Source: a bacterium
Lineage (GTDB): Bacteria; SZUA-182; DTGQ01
Assembly: GCA_040752695.1 (NCBI GenBank)
Contig: JBFMGO010000055.1
Coordinates: forward strand, 1 to 36,204
Length of the DNA stretch: 36,204 nucleotides
Direction: 5' to 3'
This document shows, in pieces, positions 34,976 through 36,204 of this stretch. A program made the position numbers and the translations under genes. How positions within the stretch are numbered: the stretch's first letter is position 1; each line of letters begins with the position of its first letter. The notes below the pieces were generated by a model that worked only from the letters and a program-made list of their open reading frames with translations, searched no databases and was not told the origin of the DNA.

Positions 34976-36204
34976 ATGAAAGAACGGTTTCTTATGAAAG
35001 GCTTGTTAGGTGTACTGATATTTGCCCTGACGATTTCTCTGATGACAAGTTTGGCTCATTCAAAGAAGGCTCTCTTCAATGGGCATGAGTATAAGGAAGG
35101 AGAAATACTGGTCAGGTTTAAACCAACGACTACATCAACCCGGATTAATGCCGTTACAAAATCCATAAAGGCACAGGTATTACACTCATCGGGAGCGGGG
35201 GCTGGCCCAATGGCCATCATCCCGAATCTTTATCTGTTAAAAATTGATAACACCAATATTACACAATCATTAGGCATGTTAGCTTCAAATCCCGATGTGG
35301 AGTATGCCGAGCCCAATTATAAACTGTATGCTCTGCGCACACCGAATGATCCGTACTTTATGGATCAGTGGGATCTTGAAAACATTGGACAGAGTGGCGG
35401 AACAACTGATGCAGACATCGATGCACCACAGGCATGGGATCTCCAGACAGGTTCTCGCTCCGTGGTAGTAGCTGTGGTTGATACGGGTGTTGATTACAAT
35501 CATACGGACCTGGCCGGGAATATCTGGATAAACCAGGGAGAAATACCTGGCAATGGCCTTGATGATGACAACAACGGATACGTCGATGATATTCACGGGA
35601 TTAACGTGGTCAATTACTACAGCGGCGGAGCGCCGACTGCCGGAGATCCCATGGATGATTTGGGCCATGGAACCCACGTGGCAGGCATTATAGGAGCCAG
35701 TGGCGATAATGGCCGGGGCACGAGCGGTGTCAACTGGAAAGTATCCATCATGCCCTTGAAATTTATAAACAGCGAAGGTAGTGGCTGGCTGGAAGATGCG
35801 GTCCTTTGCCTTCAGTATATCCTTAATCAGAAGCGGGCAGGCGTGAATATCGTTGCCGCCAATGCCTCATGGGGTGGAGGCGGATATTCAAGAGCCTTAT
35901 ATGATGCCATAAAAGCCCTCCAGGATGAAGGAGTTCTTTTTATCGCAGCGGCGGGAAACGATGGGATGGATAATGATTCATACCTTACTTACCCTGCAAG
36001 CTACGATCTCATGAGTATTATCTCGGTTGCAGCCACAGACCACAATGATAACCTCGCCTGGTTCTCGAACTTTGGTAAACGGACCATCGATGTTGCAGCC
36101 CCGGGGGATGGCATCTTGAGCACCTGCTCACCTTTTCTTCCCATGTGCTGGTCAACCGACGCCTATCCCTATGACATCTGGTTAGGAACGTCGATGGCAA
36201 CTCC
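34976..36204 (+). CDS. Secreted S8 subtilisin-family serine protease (runs off the window end; not in ORF track)
   Basis: GGAGG RBS; MKERFLMKGLLGVLIFAL signal; prodomain GEILVRFK...VEYAEPNY; VAVVDTG, HGTHVAG, AAAGND, GTSMAT at window end. Confidence 0.95.
   Translation, partial: MKERFLMKGLLGVLIFALTISLMTSLAHSKKALFNGHEYKEGEILVRFKPTTTSTRINAVTKSIKAQVLHSSGAGAGPMAIIPNLYLLKIDNTNITQSLGMLASNPDVEYAEPNYKLYALRTPNDPYFMDQWDLENIGQSGGTTDADIDAPQAWDLQTGSRSVVVAVVDTGVDYNHTDLAGNIWINQGEIPGNGLDDDNNGYVDDIHGINVVNYYSGGAPTAGDPMDDLGHGTHVAGIIGASGDNGRGTSGVNWKVSIMPLKFINSEGSGWLEDAVLCLQYILNQKRAGVNIVAANASWGGGGYSRALYDAIKALQDEGVLFIAAAGNDGMDNDSYLTYPASYDLMSIISVAATDHNDNLAWFSNFGKRTIDVAAPGDGILSTCSPFLPMCWSTDAYPYDIWLGTSMAT

Noticed and set aside
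34831..35088. 85-aa plus-strand ORF
   Set aside because: TTG start without an RBS; overlaps the S8 protease signal-peptide region in another frame.

Overview
This is a bacterial chromosomal window of roughly 50% GC, with a gene style like Desulfobacterota/Nitrospirota or a related uncultured lineage (inference only). Positions 1-10.6 kb hold a PurN-like formyltransferase, a secreted Zn-phospholipase-C-like protein, two tandem paralogous lipoproteins, an orphan DppB-type permease, hypCDE, miaB, DUF151, VanZ and a HAD hydrolase. Positions 10.7-14.8 kb hold small membrane and lipoprotein genes, a Zn-finger hypothetical, a divergent GT2 and an orphan T7-lysozyme-type amidase. Positions 15-22 kb are a six-gene exopolysaccharide cluster of the PEP-CTERM/XrtA-associated type with no exosortase. 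Positions 22-27.5 kb are two PAS hybrid histidine kinases and an HhH-GPD glycosylase. The most unusual part is 27.5-36.2 kb. There an AT-rich control region carries back-to-back sigma54-type promoters, paired palindromic operator sites and an IHF-like site. To its left lies a secreted repeat protein with a Thr-Cys-rich tail, followed by two overlapping paralogous ~830-aa membrane proteins. Each has two DUF4350/GATase-like domains and what may be a Cys-less exosortase-like membrane segment. To its right lies a secreted S8 subtilase that the ORF track missed. I found no rRNA, tRNA, CRISPR array or transposase. All family assignments come from recognising motifs by eye, not from database searches.
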